A stretch of 38,903 nucleotides of DNA, taken from NCBI GenBank assembly GCA_044345055.1, contig JBIJBT010000019.1:1-38903 (forward strand), written 5' to 3'. Source of the stretch: Bdellovibrionota bacterium. GTDB lineage: Bacteria; Bdellovibrionota_C; UBA2361; OMIW01. The notes beneath the pieces are model-generated. The model did no database searches, was not told the DNA's origin, and worked only from the letters and a program-made list of their open reading frames with translations. Numbering within the stretch: position 1 is the first letter of the stretch; every line of letters begins with the position of its first letter. The translations under genes were made by a program, and so were the position numbers. Below, in pieces: positions 27,033-36,793 of the stretch.

Positions 27033-29656
27033 TATCTTGTAACGAGAGCGGTCCAGCCGGTCTGATGCGAGGCTCCGAGACCTCGTCCGTTGTCACCGTG
27101 AAAGTATTCGTAGAAAAGAATCAACTCCTTCCACCAAGGGTCGTCGCGATAGAGTGTACAGTCTGCGTGAGCGGGAATATGGCCATCCGATGCTCGCTGA
27201 AAGAGGCTCGCTAACCGGCGGGATAGATCCTCAGCAGCGTATTTAAGGGTCACAAGATTACCTGAGCCGGTTGGAAATTCGATGAGAAATTCATCGCCAT
27301 AAAAGTGATGGTAGCGTTCGAGTGCTTCGACCAGCAGGTAGTTGATCGGAAACCAAACAGGCCCTCTCCAGTTCGAATTGCCACCGAACATGTTCGTGCT
27401 CGACTCTCCCGGTGCATAATCAACCCGATATTCCTGATTACCAAACCGCATAATATAGGGGTAATCCTGATGGATCTTGGACATCGAGCGGATGCCGAAG
27501 GGTGAGAGGAATTGCTCTTCATCAAAGAGGTGATAGAGCACTCTGCGCAGCTGTTTTTCCGAAGGAATAGCTAGAAGGAAGAGACCGCCGAGTGTGTGGG
27601 GCGATTCAGCGCGATAGGATAGGTGGGCCGCGAGATCGGGTCGATTATCAAGAAACCACCGCATTCGTTTTTCAAAGCCGGGGAGCTGCTTTATGCCCCC
27701 TTCCTCGAGCACCTCTACAGCAAGGAGTGGGATAAGGCCGACCAGAGATCGAACCCGCAGCGGGATCGGTTTGCCCTCCGATTGTAGTTGATCGTAGTAA
27801 AATCCATCGAGCTCATCCCAGAGACCGGTTCCGCCCAATTTATTTATCGATTCAGTGATCGCGACAAAGTGCTCAAAAAATTTTGAGGCGATGTCACCGT
27901 AGACACCGTTGTATGAGGCAAGCTCAAGAGAAATCGAGAGCATCGTTGCACAATAAAAGGCCATCCACGCGGTTGCGTCTGCTTGTTCGAGCGATTCCCC
28001 TGTGGGAAGTGGTGCTGATCTATCGAAAACTCCAATGTTATCGAGCCCGAGAAACCCACCGTCAAAGAGGTTGTCTCCGTTGGTATCTTTTCGATTTATC
28101 CACCAGGTAAAATTTAACAAGAGCTTATGAAACGCTCTCTCAAGGAACATGCGATCTCGTTTCCCCGGTTTGCCGGTCATTTTATAGACACGCCAGCAAG
28201 CCCACGCATGAACCGGAGGATTTACATCTGAAAATGCGAATTCATAGGCCGGTATCTGCCCGTTCGGGTGCATATACCATTCGCGGAGAAATAGAATGAG
28301 TTGCTGCTTTGCAAAGTCAGGATCAATCTTTGCGAAGGGAATCATATGAAAAGCGAGATCCCACGCAGCATACCACGGATATTCCCATTTATCGGGCATA
28401 CTAATGATGTCGCGATTGTAAAGGTGATGCCAATCCCGATTTCTTACCCCGCTTCGACCCTTATCAGGTGGGGGTTGGCTCGGATCGCCATCGACCCATT
28501 CGCGCACTGCATAATAGTAGAACTGTTTTGTCCAAAGAAGCCCAGCGTAAGCTTGAAGCATAATCTCCGAATCACTCGAATTATCAGGGAGCTGATCTTT
28601 ATAAAAACGCTCCATCTCGCGGATACGAGTATCGAAAATATTATCAAAAGAGTCGCCAAAAAGCTCAACGGAACGATCGGCTGATTTGACAAGTCGTAAC
28701 CGAAGGGTCGTCTCGCCACCCGGTGGAATAGTGAGAGAAAAATAGCAAGCTGCCTTTGTTCCTTCGTGCGCTGCGTTTACGGCATCCTTTCGTCCACCTA
28801 TCACGTAATCGTGGAAAGCATCCTTGACGTAACGGGTGATGCTCGGAACTCCAAATAGTCGTTCGGCGTTTGTTTCATTCTCTGTGAATAGTACCGTGAA
28901 TGGGCCATTTCTGGGGTCGGAGTGAAATTCAAATGGCTCAAGTGTGGGATGTTCAGTCCTAACACTTCCATCAGCGCGTAAGTTTAGCCGAGGCTTCGAT
29001 GTGTATCCTTCTCCGGTTCTTCCCCAGGACCAAGTATTGCGAAACCAGATCGTCGGAAGGATGTGGAGGGGTGCGGCGACGGGACCACGATTGTGAGCCG
29101 TAATTCGAATGAGAATATCGTCTGTGGATGCTTTTGCGTATTCGACGAAGATATCGAAGTAGCGATTGTCCGCAAAGGCGCCGGAATCAGTGATCTCAAA
29201 CTCGCGGTCGCCCCGCCGTCGATACTGATTTTCCTGAAAGAGGCGAGCATAGGGAAATGTCCCTTGAGGATACTTATAAAGTCCCTTCATGTAGGCGTGA
29301 GAGGGGACTCCTCGGAGATAATAATAGCACTCCTTAACGTCCTCGCCGTTGTTGCCCTCAGGACCAGTGAGTCCGAACAAACGCTCCTTAAGGATTGTGT
29401 CAGAACCATTCCAAAATGCCGGTGCAAAACATAAACGGCACTCTCTGTCGGTAAATCCGAGCAAGCCATCTTCTCCCCAGCGATAGGCTCTGCTGCGGGC
29501 GTGGTCGTGCGATAGATATCCCCAACACGATCCATCGGGAGAGTAATCCTCTCGCACCGTTCCCCACTGGCGTTCGGATAAGAAAGGACCCCATCGCTTC
29601 CAATGCTTGAGCCTCTTTTCGTCTTCGAGAAGTCGTCGTGATTCTGGATCGTTCAT
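27011..29656 (-). CDS. GH63-family (MGH1-like) glucosidase
   Basis: 'W.RWGP.LSERQWGTVREDYS', 'MPDKWEYPWYAAWDLAFH', 'NSNWRGPVW', 'GASHQTGWT'. Start probably ATG 29656. Confidence 0.88.
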   Translation of the reverse strand: MNDPESRRLLEDEKRLKHWKRWGPFLSERQWGTVREDYSPDGSCWGYLSHDHARSRAYRWGEDGLLGFTDRECRLCFAPAFWNGSDTILKERLFGLTGPEGNNGEDVKECYYYLRGVPSHAYMKGLYKYPQGTFPYARLFQENQYRRRGDREFEITDSGAFADNRYFDIFVEYAKASTDDILIRITAHNRGPVAAPLHILPTIWFRNTWSWGRTGEGYTSKPRLNLRADGSVRTEHPTLEPFEFHSDPRNGPFTVLFTENETNAERLFGVPSITRYVKDAFHDYVIGGRKDAVNAAHEGTKAACYFSLTIPPGGETTLRLRLVKSADRSVELFGDSFDNIFDTRIREMERFYKDQLPDNSSDSEIMLQAYAGLLWTKQFYYYAVREWVDGDPSQPPPDKGRSGVRNRDWHHLYNRDIISMPDKWEYPWYAAWDLAFHMIPFAKIDPDFAKQQLILFLREWYMHPNGQIPAYEFAFSDVNPPVHAWACWRVYKMTGKPGKRDRMFLERAFHKLLLNFTWWINRKDTNGDNLFDGGFLGLDNIGVFDRSAPLPTGESLEQADATAWMAFYCATMLSISLELASYNGVYGDIASKFFEHFVAITESINKLGGTGLWDELDGFYYDQLQSEGKPIPLRVRSLVGLIPLLAVEVLEEGGIKQLPGFEKRMRWFLDNRPDLAAHLSYRAESPHTLGGLFLLAIPSEKQLRRVLYHLFDEEQFLSPFGIRSMSKIHQDYPYIMRFGNQEYRVDYAPGESSTNMFGGNSNWRGPVWFPINYLLVEALERYHHFYGDEFLIEFPTGSGNLVTLKYAAEDLSRRLASLFQRASDGHIPAHADCTLYRDDPWWKELILFYEYFHGDNGRGLGASHQTGWTALVTRYLERREP

Positions 29657-29737
29657 GGCACCGTGACATTCCAATCGAAAGAGGCGGGGGAGTTTCGCTA
29701 AGTGGGTTGTGGCTGCGAATCTTCGATTAAGACAATC

Positions 29738-31663
29738 TTAAACGAGCACTTTCTTCGTCAATCGAATATATTCGCCGAGTGTCCATGCCTGAAATGGTGC
29801 ACCCCGAAGCGTATGAGGCCAATTCCCATCGGCTATTTCGGGGCAAGCTCCAAAGCCGGCCTTTTTAAAGAGTTCGCTAGCAGGCTGCACAAAGCGGCGG
29901 AGTGCTTCCTGTTTTGCTTCTATACTTCCCCCTCGAACGCGAACCCATCCCTCAACAAAGGGACCAATCAGCCAACCCCAGGCAGTCCCCTGATGATAGG
30001 CGGCATCCCGATTCCACTGCGCTCCGTAGTATCGCCCCCGATACTGCGGGTCCGAGGGAGCAAGCGATCGCATACCTCCTGGGGTATAAAGCTGGCTCTC
30101 AACCGCATCGATGATCGCACGCGCTCTATCTCCAGATACCACCATATGGGGTAGTCCGCCAACCGCAAATAGTTGATTGGGGCGCATCGAACCGTCTTTT
30201 GTACCTACTCGATGATCACAATCAACTACATCAAATAAAATCCCTTCCTCATCATTCCAAAATTTATCGGTGAATGAAGTGAATGCCTGAGTCGCGAGCA
30301 GTTGCCACCGGCTATTGAATGTTGCAGCTATTGTTAAAGCATTTATCCAGAGCGCCTGAATTTCAACCGGCTTTCCAATTCGCGGAGTGAAGACAACTTC
30401 ACCGACCTTTGCATCCATCCAGGTTAATTGTACCCCAGGAGTGCCGCAGGCGAGGAGTCCATCAGAGTCCGCCCTTATTCCAAATCGAGTCCCTGAGAGA
30501 TAATTTGTCAGAATTTCATCAATCGCTGCGAGGAGAAGCGGATCTTTTTTTCCACAATGTTGCTCTGACGCACTCCATAGATCGTGGCATGCAATGACAA
30601 ACCAAAGGGCGGCATCAACCGAATTGTACTGTGGTGGTGCGCCCTGATCGCTGAAGGTGTTAGGGAGCATACCCTCGGAAATCTCTCTTGACCACGCTTG
30701 AAGAATGGAAGCCGCTTCATCGTATTGGCCAAGCGATAGAGTTAATCCACGCATTGCAATGAGCGTATCTCGACCCCAATCACTGAACCATGGATATCCA
30801 GCAATAATCGATGAGCCTTTTCCTCGGCGGACAATAAAGTGCTGAGCGTTGTGATTAAGATGTTCGGGATCGTCATTAGTAAGACGACGCGCAAGCTCCG
30901 CTGATCGAAGTGATGAAAAGTCCTCTGGAGAAGAGATGACCCCTGAGCGACTAGCGGAAGCCGCTGCAATTAAAAGAGCGGGTTTTTTTGAGATTTCAAA
31001 GGTGAAGACACCTGGAGCCGCGAGGTCTTCTGATCCGTGGTAACCGCGAACTTCATCCTCATCGTACCGGAAATTACGGTACCAATCGGGCTGGTGAGTA
31101 TAATCTCCATTCGTCGTGATAGCGATGGTCGGCATATCCTCATAAGGCTGCCAAACTACGCCGTGATTGATGAGCTCTGGAGCGAAGTTAAAGAGATTAT
31201 TTTCGTTGTGTAACGCATGAATAGAGCGACCCGAGAGGAGTGGGCGAACTTCAAGATGAATCGGTTCGTCTCCCTCTTCCGAAAGAGTCCAGGAACACAG
31301 CAGATTTGGTTCGTCTCGAATACGAAAAAGCTCAAAAATTATGGTTTGAGTGTTTGGCAGAGAAAATGTCCAGGTGGGAAACGGGAATGGAGAAAATGAG
31401 GTTATCTGTGCAGCGGTCGAGGGCTCAGTTATGCCGGGATGAAAACGAAATCGGTGAAGAGGGTAACGGTTTTCTCCCTGGACCACGCACATTTCGAGCA
31501 TATTTAGGAGCGCTATTCGGTTGGTCGGGGGAGTAAGGGCAACATTTAGTAGCGCGTGATACCGTCGATAGGGGAGGAGATCTCGGGACCCCATCGAGAA
31601 TCCGCCCAACCCGTCTGTTTCAAGCCATTCGGGAGCAGGGACGTACGGGGTCTGAAGAGCCAT
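29738..31663 (-). CDS. Glycogen debranching enzyme (amylo-alpha-1,6-glucosidase, GDE_N + GDE_C)
   Basis: 'EWLETDGLGGF', 'RRYHALL', 'IIAGYPWFSDWGRDT', 'LTWMDAK', 'YHQGT.W.WL', 'PFQAW'. Confidence 0.9.
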   Translation of the reverse strand: MALQTPYVPAPEWLETDGLGGFSMGSRDLLPYRRYHALLNVALTPPTNRIALLNMLEMCVVQGENRYPLHRFRFHPGITEPSTAAQITSFSPFPFPTWTFSLPNTQTIIFELFRIRDEPNLLCSWTLSEEGDEPIHLEVRPLLSGRSIHALHNENNLFNFAPELINHGVVWQPYEDMPTIAITTNGDYTHQPDWYRNFRYDEDEVRGYHGSEDLAAPGVFTFEISKKPALLIAAASASRSGVISSPEDFSSLRSAELARRLTNDDPEHLNHNAQHFIVRRGKGSSIIAGYPWFSDWGRDTLIAMRGLTLSLGQYDEAASILQAWSREISEGMLPNTFSDQGAPPQYNSVDAALWFVIACHDLWSASEQHCGKKDPLLLAAIDEILTNYLSGTRFGIRADSDGLLACGTPGVQLTWMDAKVGEVVFTPRIGKPVEIQALWINALTIAATFNSRWQLLATQAFTSFTDKFWNDEEGILFDVVDCDHRVGTKDGSMRPNQLFAVGGLPHMVVSGDRARAIIDAVESQLYTPGGMRSLAPSDPQYRGRYYGAQWNRDAAYHQGTAWGWLIGPFVEGWVRVRGGSIEAKQEALRRFVQPASELFKKAGFGACPEIADGNWPHTLRGAPFQAWTLGEYIRLTKKVLV

Positions 31664-31745
31664 GAAGTGCTACCTCGTCAGTCAAAAAAGATTTGCGAAG
31701 GTGGTTTGGTGTCGAGCTTTGAGTCGCTTCGGTAGGCAATGTATA

Positions 31746-31845
31746 CCTCATGCACAAGACATGAGGCTATCGCCTTTCTCTAAAAAAAAGGCGATAGCGA
31801 TAAATGTAGTACTCCCTGAAAAACCCATGGAGGGGTTTTTCAGGG
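31746..31845 (-). terminator. Three consecutive stem-loops downstream of metK
   Basis: CCTCATG/CATGAGG (31746-31766), GCTATCGCCTTT/AAAGGCGATAGC (31766-31798), CCCTGAAAAACCC/GGGTTTTTCAGGG (31814-31845). Confidence 0.55.
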
Positions 31846-31853
31846 CCAACTCA

Positions 31854-33023
31854 TTAGATTGCAGCACGAAGCTGATCAACCTTGTCAGCGCGTTCCCAAC
31901 TAAAGTGGCCAGTATCGCGTGGTTGACGTCCAAAATGTCCGTAAGCCGCAGTTTCCTCATAAATTGGTTTCAACAGATCTAGCGCATTGATTATGCCTTT
32001 TGGAGTCATCGGGAATGTCTGACGTATAGCAGCGCTTATGGCTTTTTCTGGTGCTGTACCAGTGCCAAATGTGTCAACAAAAACCGATACTGGATCAGCA
32101 ACACCTATGGCGTAAGCGAGCTGAACTTCACATTTCTTGGCAAGTTTTGCCGCAACAACGTTAGCCGCTATGTAGCGAGCCATATAGGCTGCCGAACGAT
32201 CGACCTTTGATGGATCTTTTCCTGAGAATGCACCGCCCCCGTGGCGACTGTAACCACCGTAAGTATCGACAATGATTTTTCGGCCAGTTAAACCACAATC
32301 GCCGACCGGCCCTCCGATAATAAATCGTCCAGTCGGATTAATGAGGAACTTTGTCTCGGCAGTCAAAAATGCTTGAGGAACAACCGCTTTGACAACCTCC
32401 TCTCTGATATATTCTTCAAGAGCTTTAAGAGAGATATCCTCGGTGTGTTGTGATGAAACCACGATCGTATCAACGGCAACTGGTTTGCCATCCTGATACC
32501 GAACAGAAACTTGAGCCTTCGCATCCGGTTTGAGGAATGAAACCGGTTTTTCTTTTCTCTGCCTTGAGAGCTCTCGCATCAATGAGTGCGAAAGAGCTAT
32601 CGGAAGAGGCATAAGCTCCGGAGTTTCGTCGCACGCGAATCCAAACATGAGACCCTGATCGCCTGCTCCCTGCTCCTTGTGAAGCCCCTCTCCCTCAGTA
32701 ACACCCATGCTAATATCGGGTGATTGTCTACTCAGAAAAAAATGTACTTGAGCGGTTTCGGCATCAAAACCTACCTGAGGATCGTCGTACCCGATGCGGC
32801 GAATAACATCTCGAACAACCTTTTCAATGTCGAACTCTGTTGAGGATGTGATCTCTCCTGCAACAATTACCGATGAATTTTTTACAACTGTCTCACAAGC
32901 TACTCTGGCGCCACTGTCGCCGCTAAGATACTCATCGAGGATCGCATCGCTGATCTGATCAGCAATTTTATCGGGATGCCCCTCGGATACGGATTCAGAA
33001 GAGAAGAGATGTTCAGATGCCAT
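31854..33023 (-). CDS. metK: S-adenosylmethionine synthetase
   Basis: '[11 protein letters not shown]', 'GAGDQG', '[14 protein letters not shown]', '[15 protein letters not shown]'. Confidence 0.98.
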   Translation of the reverse strand: MASEHLFSSESVSEGHPDKIADQISDAILDEYLSGDSGARVACETVVKNSSVIVAGEITSSTEFDIEKVVRDVIRRIGYDDPQVGFDAETAQVHFFLSRQSPDISMGVTEGEGLHKEQGAGDQGLMFGFACDETPELMPLPIALSHSLMRELSRQRKEKPVSFLKPDAKAQVSVRYQDGKPVAVDTIVVSSQHTEDISLKALEEYIREEVVKAVVPQAFLTAETKFLINPTGRFIIGGPVGDCGLTGRKIIVDTYGGYSRHGGGAFSGKDPSKVDRSAAYMARYIAANVVAAKLAKKCEVQLAYAIGVADPVSVFVDTFGTGTAPEKAISAAIRQTFPMTPKGIINALDLLKPIYEETAAYGHFGRQPRDTGHFSWERADKVDQLRAAI

Positions 33024-33072
33024 TGGATTTACTCCATAAGAGGGACGGCTTGGTGATTGATAAACGTCTGCT

Positions 33073-33102
33073 ACAGTAAGCTTAACGGCGCCGTTTGGTC
33101 AA
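33073..33102 (-). promoter_or_regulatory. Putative sigma70 promoter for metK
   Basis: Minus strand TTGACC-N18-TACTGT; SD GGAG precedes the ATG. Confidence 0.4.
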
Positions 33103-33134
33103 GTTCGCTCAATCAATAGGCTCGATTGATTACA

Positions 33135-34076
33135 TCATCTTTTAACATCGCGGTGGGCGGCGCTTACCAGAATATTAGGCACATTTATCAGTGCAGATAG
33201 TGCCTCAGCGATCGCTACCGAGCGATGCTTGCCCCCGGTGCAACCCACTCCGATGTTCAGGTAGGCCTTTCCTTCAAAGGTGTACCGTGGAATTAGAAAG
33301 GAAAGGAGGTCGGTGTACTTAGTCAGAAATTCCTGAGCGTCTGCGGATTGAAGAACAAACGCCGAAACTTCATCCTCGAGGCCGCTTTTGGGGCGCAGCT
33401 GTTCTATAAAATATGGATTCTGCAAAAACCGAACATCGATAATAAGGTCACAATCTCTCGGGGCACCGTGCTTGAATCCAAAAGAGAGAAAATTGACCCG
33501 AATCGCTGGTTTGGTCTCAAGTGATATCGTGCTGACGAATTTGGTGAGCTCTCGCCGAAATTCGTGGATGGAGAGGAGAGATGTATCAATGACTCTATCT
33601 GCCGCCGCGCGAAGCGGATACATAAGAAGCATTTCTCGTTCGAGGGTATCGCTGAGAGTTTGATCGAGTACTGGATCGAATCGAGGATGAGGGCGACGAG
33701 TTTCGCTGTATCGTTTGAGAATTGTGGGCCTATCAGCGTCTAGATAAAGCAGAATCGTTGTAATACCGCCAGTTTCTTTTAGAATTCGTATCTGCTCGGT
33801 ATAGGCTTCTACCCCCTCATGAGACCCGACCTGAAGGAGGAGCGATATCTTTTCATGCCGTTTATCAGAGGATGTTTTAATATGTTCAAGAAAATGGTCC
33901 ACCATCCCCAGCGGTAGGTTATCAACCGCCATAAAACCGAGATCACCCAAATGATGATGCGCGCTCGAGTGGCCCGCCCCCGAAAGTCCACACACGAGCA
34001 GGAGAAGTCTGGGAGAGGTTATGTGGGTAGGTTGCGAGTCCTCGAGTTTTGTCTGCAGAGTATCAGGAAGAGGCAT
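33135..34076 (-). CDS. rapZ: RNase adapter RapZ (YhbJ/YvcJ family) with atypical Walker motifs
   Basis: 'GLSGAG.S', 'VDNLP', 'RYSETRRPHP', 'SFGFKHG', 'DVRFL.NPYF', 'GCTGGKHRSV'. Start probably ATG 34076. Confidence 0.92.
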   Translation of the reverse strand: MPLPDTLQTKLEDSQPTHITSPRLLLLVCGLSGAGHSSAHHHLGDLGFMAVDNLPLGMVDHFLEHIKTSSDKRHEKISLLLQVGSHEGVEAYTEQIRILKETGGITTILLYLDADRPTILKRYSETRRPHPRFDPVLDQTLSDTLEREMLLMYPLRAAADRVIDTSLLSIHEFRRELTKFVSTISLETKPAIRVNFLSFGFKHGAPRDCDLIIDVRFLQNPYFIEQLRPKSGLEDEVSAFVLQSADAQEFLTKYTDLLSFLIPRYTFEGKAYLNIGVGCTGGKHRSVAIAEALSALINVPNILVSAAHRDVKR

Positions 34077-34489
34077 GAGGAAGTTTCTGAAGGAGGAAGG
34101 CAGTACTTTGCTAAATGAAGGTGAGTATGCGCTGCGAAAATAGGAGAGCACATTTTTGAGATATTTGAAAGGATTATTGAATTTTCTGGAGACGGATAAG
34201 GGATGCGGGTGAGCGTGAGGATGGGGGTTAATCCGTTTTTTTTTGCGGTATCAAGAAAATCTCTTGTCCTTGCGAAGAAGCGAGCACCTTTGGGCTACTA
34301 ACCAAAAGGGGGCTAATGGATGCGCCTGGGGAAATTAATAAATGGCCGTAAACGTAAATTAAATTAATGGGTTGGTAGGTTGTTTTTTTTTGAGGTGGAA
34401 GATTCGTTGTAACGATTGCTAACCATCTAATAACGATTCGGAGTCTATAGTAGAGCCGAATCACACTGATTCGAGGGTACTTGAGGATT

Positions 34490-34969
34490 ATGAGACTAAG
34501 CCGCGCAACTAATTCCGCAAAAGATCAACCGAATATGAGTCCAGCATTGTGCAGGGAGGGAGGTCTTTCGGATCTTTGGGATTTAGGGACGAAGAGGGAG
34601 GCAGATGTTTTGGTCGTTGATGTATCAATCAAATATGCTCCCCAAGGTCCTGGAGAAATAGCGGCTTTGAAAGCGTATCTAAGTCAGCTTTCAGGGGATA
34701 TCGATAGCGGAAAATTCCTTAAAGATCTCGTCGCAAAACTCCAGGGAACTTCGTGGGGAGACGTGCCCAATCATCACGGCACGCGAATTCAAGTTTTTCT
34801 CCCCGAAGGCGTCACGCCTCCAGATGCGATCGATTCAGGGAAAGTGCGCGGGTTACCTAGTTGGGTAAGAGGGGACATTCAGTTCAAAAACGAACCATTC
34901 ATGCAACAAAAGGCATGTGCAATTTTGACCGCACCTCGCTCGCTTTATGGCTTGGTGCTAGCGGACTAG
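34490..34969 (+). CDS. Hypothetical protein
   Basis: ~160-aa ORF with globular-looking composition that fills the gap between rapZ and the convergent gene. No family recognised; start uncertain. Confidence 0.55.
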   Translation: MRLSRATNSAKDQPNMSPALCREGGLSDLWDLGTKREADVLVVDVSIKYAPQGPGEIAALKAYLSQLSGDIDSGKFLKDLVAKLQGTSWGDVPNHHGTRIQVFLPEGVTPPDAIDSGKVRGLPSWVRGDIQFKNEPFMQQKACAILTAPRSLYGLVLAD

Positions 34970-35037
34970 CCGCCGCAGGCATCCGCGACCTGTCCCAACA
35001 AAAAGGATCGGTCGGGGAGCGGGCTATTTTGATAGAG

Positions 35038-36624
35038 TTAGTGAGTGGATTGATTCACATAATCCCGTAGAAAGCGGTCGATCTGCCCACTTATAGGAAT
35101 CCCAAAAGGGCCCGAAGATCCGTGGGCGTTTAGCATTTGTGGCGCGACCTCCATCATCGCCGACAACTTCCTAATTGCACCATCGGCCAAAAATGCCAGA
35201 GCTGTCGGACTATCAGCCTTGATTAGCTCTCTAATTAATGACGATGATGTTGCATAGCCGGGGTAGCAGAGACGTATGTCAAGGTTGAGAGCAGTTTTGA
35301 ATGCATTGAGGACGGTGGTGATCTTCTCACCTGAGTCGGGGTCGGGTGATAAGCCGAGAAGCGCTCTTCCAAGTTGACTCGGCTCTACAGAAGCTTTGTT
35401 AGTATTCAACAAGCCAGAAATCGCGATGAAAACGCGCGTCCCATTCTCTGTACCAAATCTATCGACCACATCACCGATCGTGATTTTTACACTTTCACCG
35501 TTACAGATCCCGGTAATGAGCTCGATATTGCCAATATCTTCTCCCCTATCGAGCCCAACCTGAACCTTTCCCCCAAGCTCTTTAATCGCCGCACCAAGAT
35601 TAGCCTCATTGCGGTTTCTCACATTTATATCAACCGGAATCTCTCTGTAGGTCTGTTGTGCAAGGAGTGCCATATGACCGAGGACATCGATCTTACCACT
35701 GACCCCCTCTTTGAAAAAATGAGCGTGATCACTTCCGCAAAAATAAGCTGGAGCATCTGCTGCCTCGCATAATCGCAAAACATGCCGAGAATATTTACTC
35801 TCCCCGTTTTCGAGGAAGTGCTCTGTCAAGACTTCAAGTGCATCGATAATTTCGTTTTTTTCTTCGTAACGCCCCCGAAGGCTCTCAATCGATTCAACTT
35901 GCTCTTGAGCGTCTCCGGGGAGCAAATATTTCAATTCAGTAACTCTGCCATCTGTATCCGCTGTCGCATGTCGCACATCTATCCCCGCTTCTCGCAATTC
36001 CGCGACGGCTCTGTGGATCTTTCTCGTATTTTCATCAACTTCATAGCCGCACTTCATCAATGAAACGCGCTCCGTATATGGTGCCTGCTCACCTTTCGGG
36101 TCCGCCCCCTGAACGACGTACGTCGCCGCATGCATCATTGTATGACCATTATGAGGAGGATCGGCGGTAAGGGCGACGAAGCTGCATCGCGCCCCAGCTG
36201 CATCACCCCGTTCGCAAAGAGCCGCCTCTTCACGGGCGAGAGCCCACTTGTTGGCGATCATAATAAGCTCTATCGAGAAAAGGTCATTAAGAGCTTCCAC
36301 TGACTTCGGATCCTCTTTTAGCCTTTCTCCAACGATGTCGCACAACCTCAATGAGTTTAAACGTATCTGAGTATCAACCACCTGATCTTCCGCAAGATCG
36401 TCTGTCTTAATCGTCTCTTCCGGAAACGCTTCGTTGTAAATGCTCACAAACCTTTTAGCGGCCTTTTCATAATTTAAACCAACCCCAAAACGTCCCGCCT
36501 TTTCCGTTACACCATTAAACTCTTGAGCAGCCTTTTCGCTGATATTTATCAATAGACTTGGCCTTGAAACTTGATCGTAAGTACTCCCATTTTCCGACCC
36601 GTAAGCCTGAATAACCGAAAACAT
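35038..36624 (-). CDS. Divergent HxGH-superfamily nucleotidyltransferase (NadD/CoaD-like) with large insertions
   Basis: Motifs in the expected order: 'ALTADPPHNGH' (36142-36153 encodes HNGH), 'DPK...PYTERVSLM', 'YFCGSDH', 'TSSSLIRE'. Strong SD AGGAGG before ATG 36624 gives 528 aa. Confidence 0.65.
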   Translation of the reverse strand: MFSVIQAYGSENGSTYDQVSRPSLLINISEKAAQEFNGVTEKAGRFGVGLNYEKAAKRFVSIYNEAFPEETIKTDDLAEDQVVDTQIRLNSLRLCDIVGERLKEDPKSVEALNDLFSIELIMIANKWALAREEAALCERGDAAGARCSFVALTADPPHNGHTMMHAATYVVQGADPKGEQAPYTERVSLMKCGYEVDENTRKIHRAVAELREAGIDVRHATADTDGRVTELKYLLPGDAQEQVESIESLRGRYEEKNEIIDALEVLTEHFLENGESKYSRHVLRLCEAADAPAYFCGSDHAHFFKEGVSGKIDVLGHMALLAQQTYREIPVDINVRNRNEANLGAAIKELGGKVQVGLDRGEDIGNIELITGICNGESVKITIGDVVDRFGTENGTRVFIAISGLLNTNKASVEPSQLGRALLGLSPDPDSGEKITTVLNAFKTALNLDIRLCYPGYATSSSLIRELIKADSPTALAFLADGAIRKLSAMMEVAPQMLNAHGSSGPFGIPISGQIDRFLRDYVNQSTH

Positions 36625-36651
36625 TCCCGTACCTCCTAAGAAGAAAAATGG

Positions 36652-36793
36652 CGACACCCTCATGCAAAACATGCTCGTCGGATATCGTTCCACCTCTGGC
36701 CCCCGTCGCGGGAGGCTTTTACTAGGCAAATTGTCTCGGGCGTTAATTAAGTACCCAAACTAAAGAAGGAACACTTTCGTGTGCGGGGTGTCG
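36652..36793 (-). promoter_or_regulatory. Candidate structured 5' leader RNA of the nucleotidyltransferase gene
   Basis: Long-range 8-bp helix CGACACCC/GGGUGUCG enclosing several hairpins (ACAC-GAAA-GUGU; GCCUCC/GGGGGC; CAUG/CAUG), followed by a U-rich run and the SD. Confidence 0.35.

Noticed and set aside
33024..33134. Possible SAM riboswitch upstream of metK (contains TTATCAA on the minus strand)
   Set aside because: The leader after the putative promoter is only ~45 nt and lacks the remaining SAM-I/II consensus elements.
462..36063. Numerous 60-180 aa ORFs overlapping the called genes on alternative frames or the opposite strand
   Set aside because: Nested in well-supported CDSs with no motifs of their own; typical shadow ORFs.
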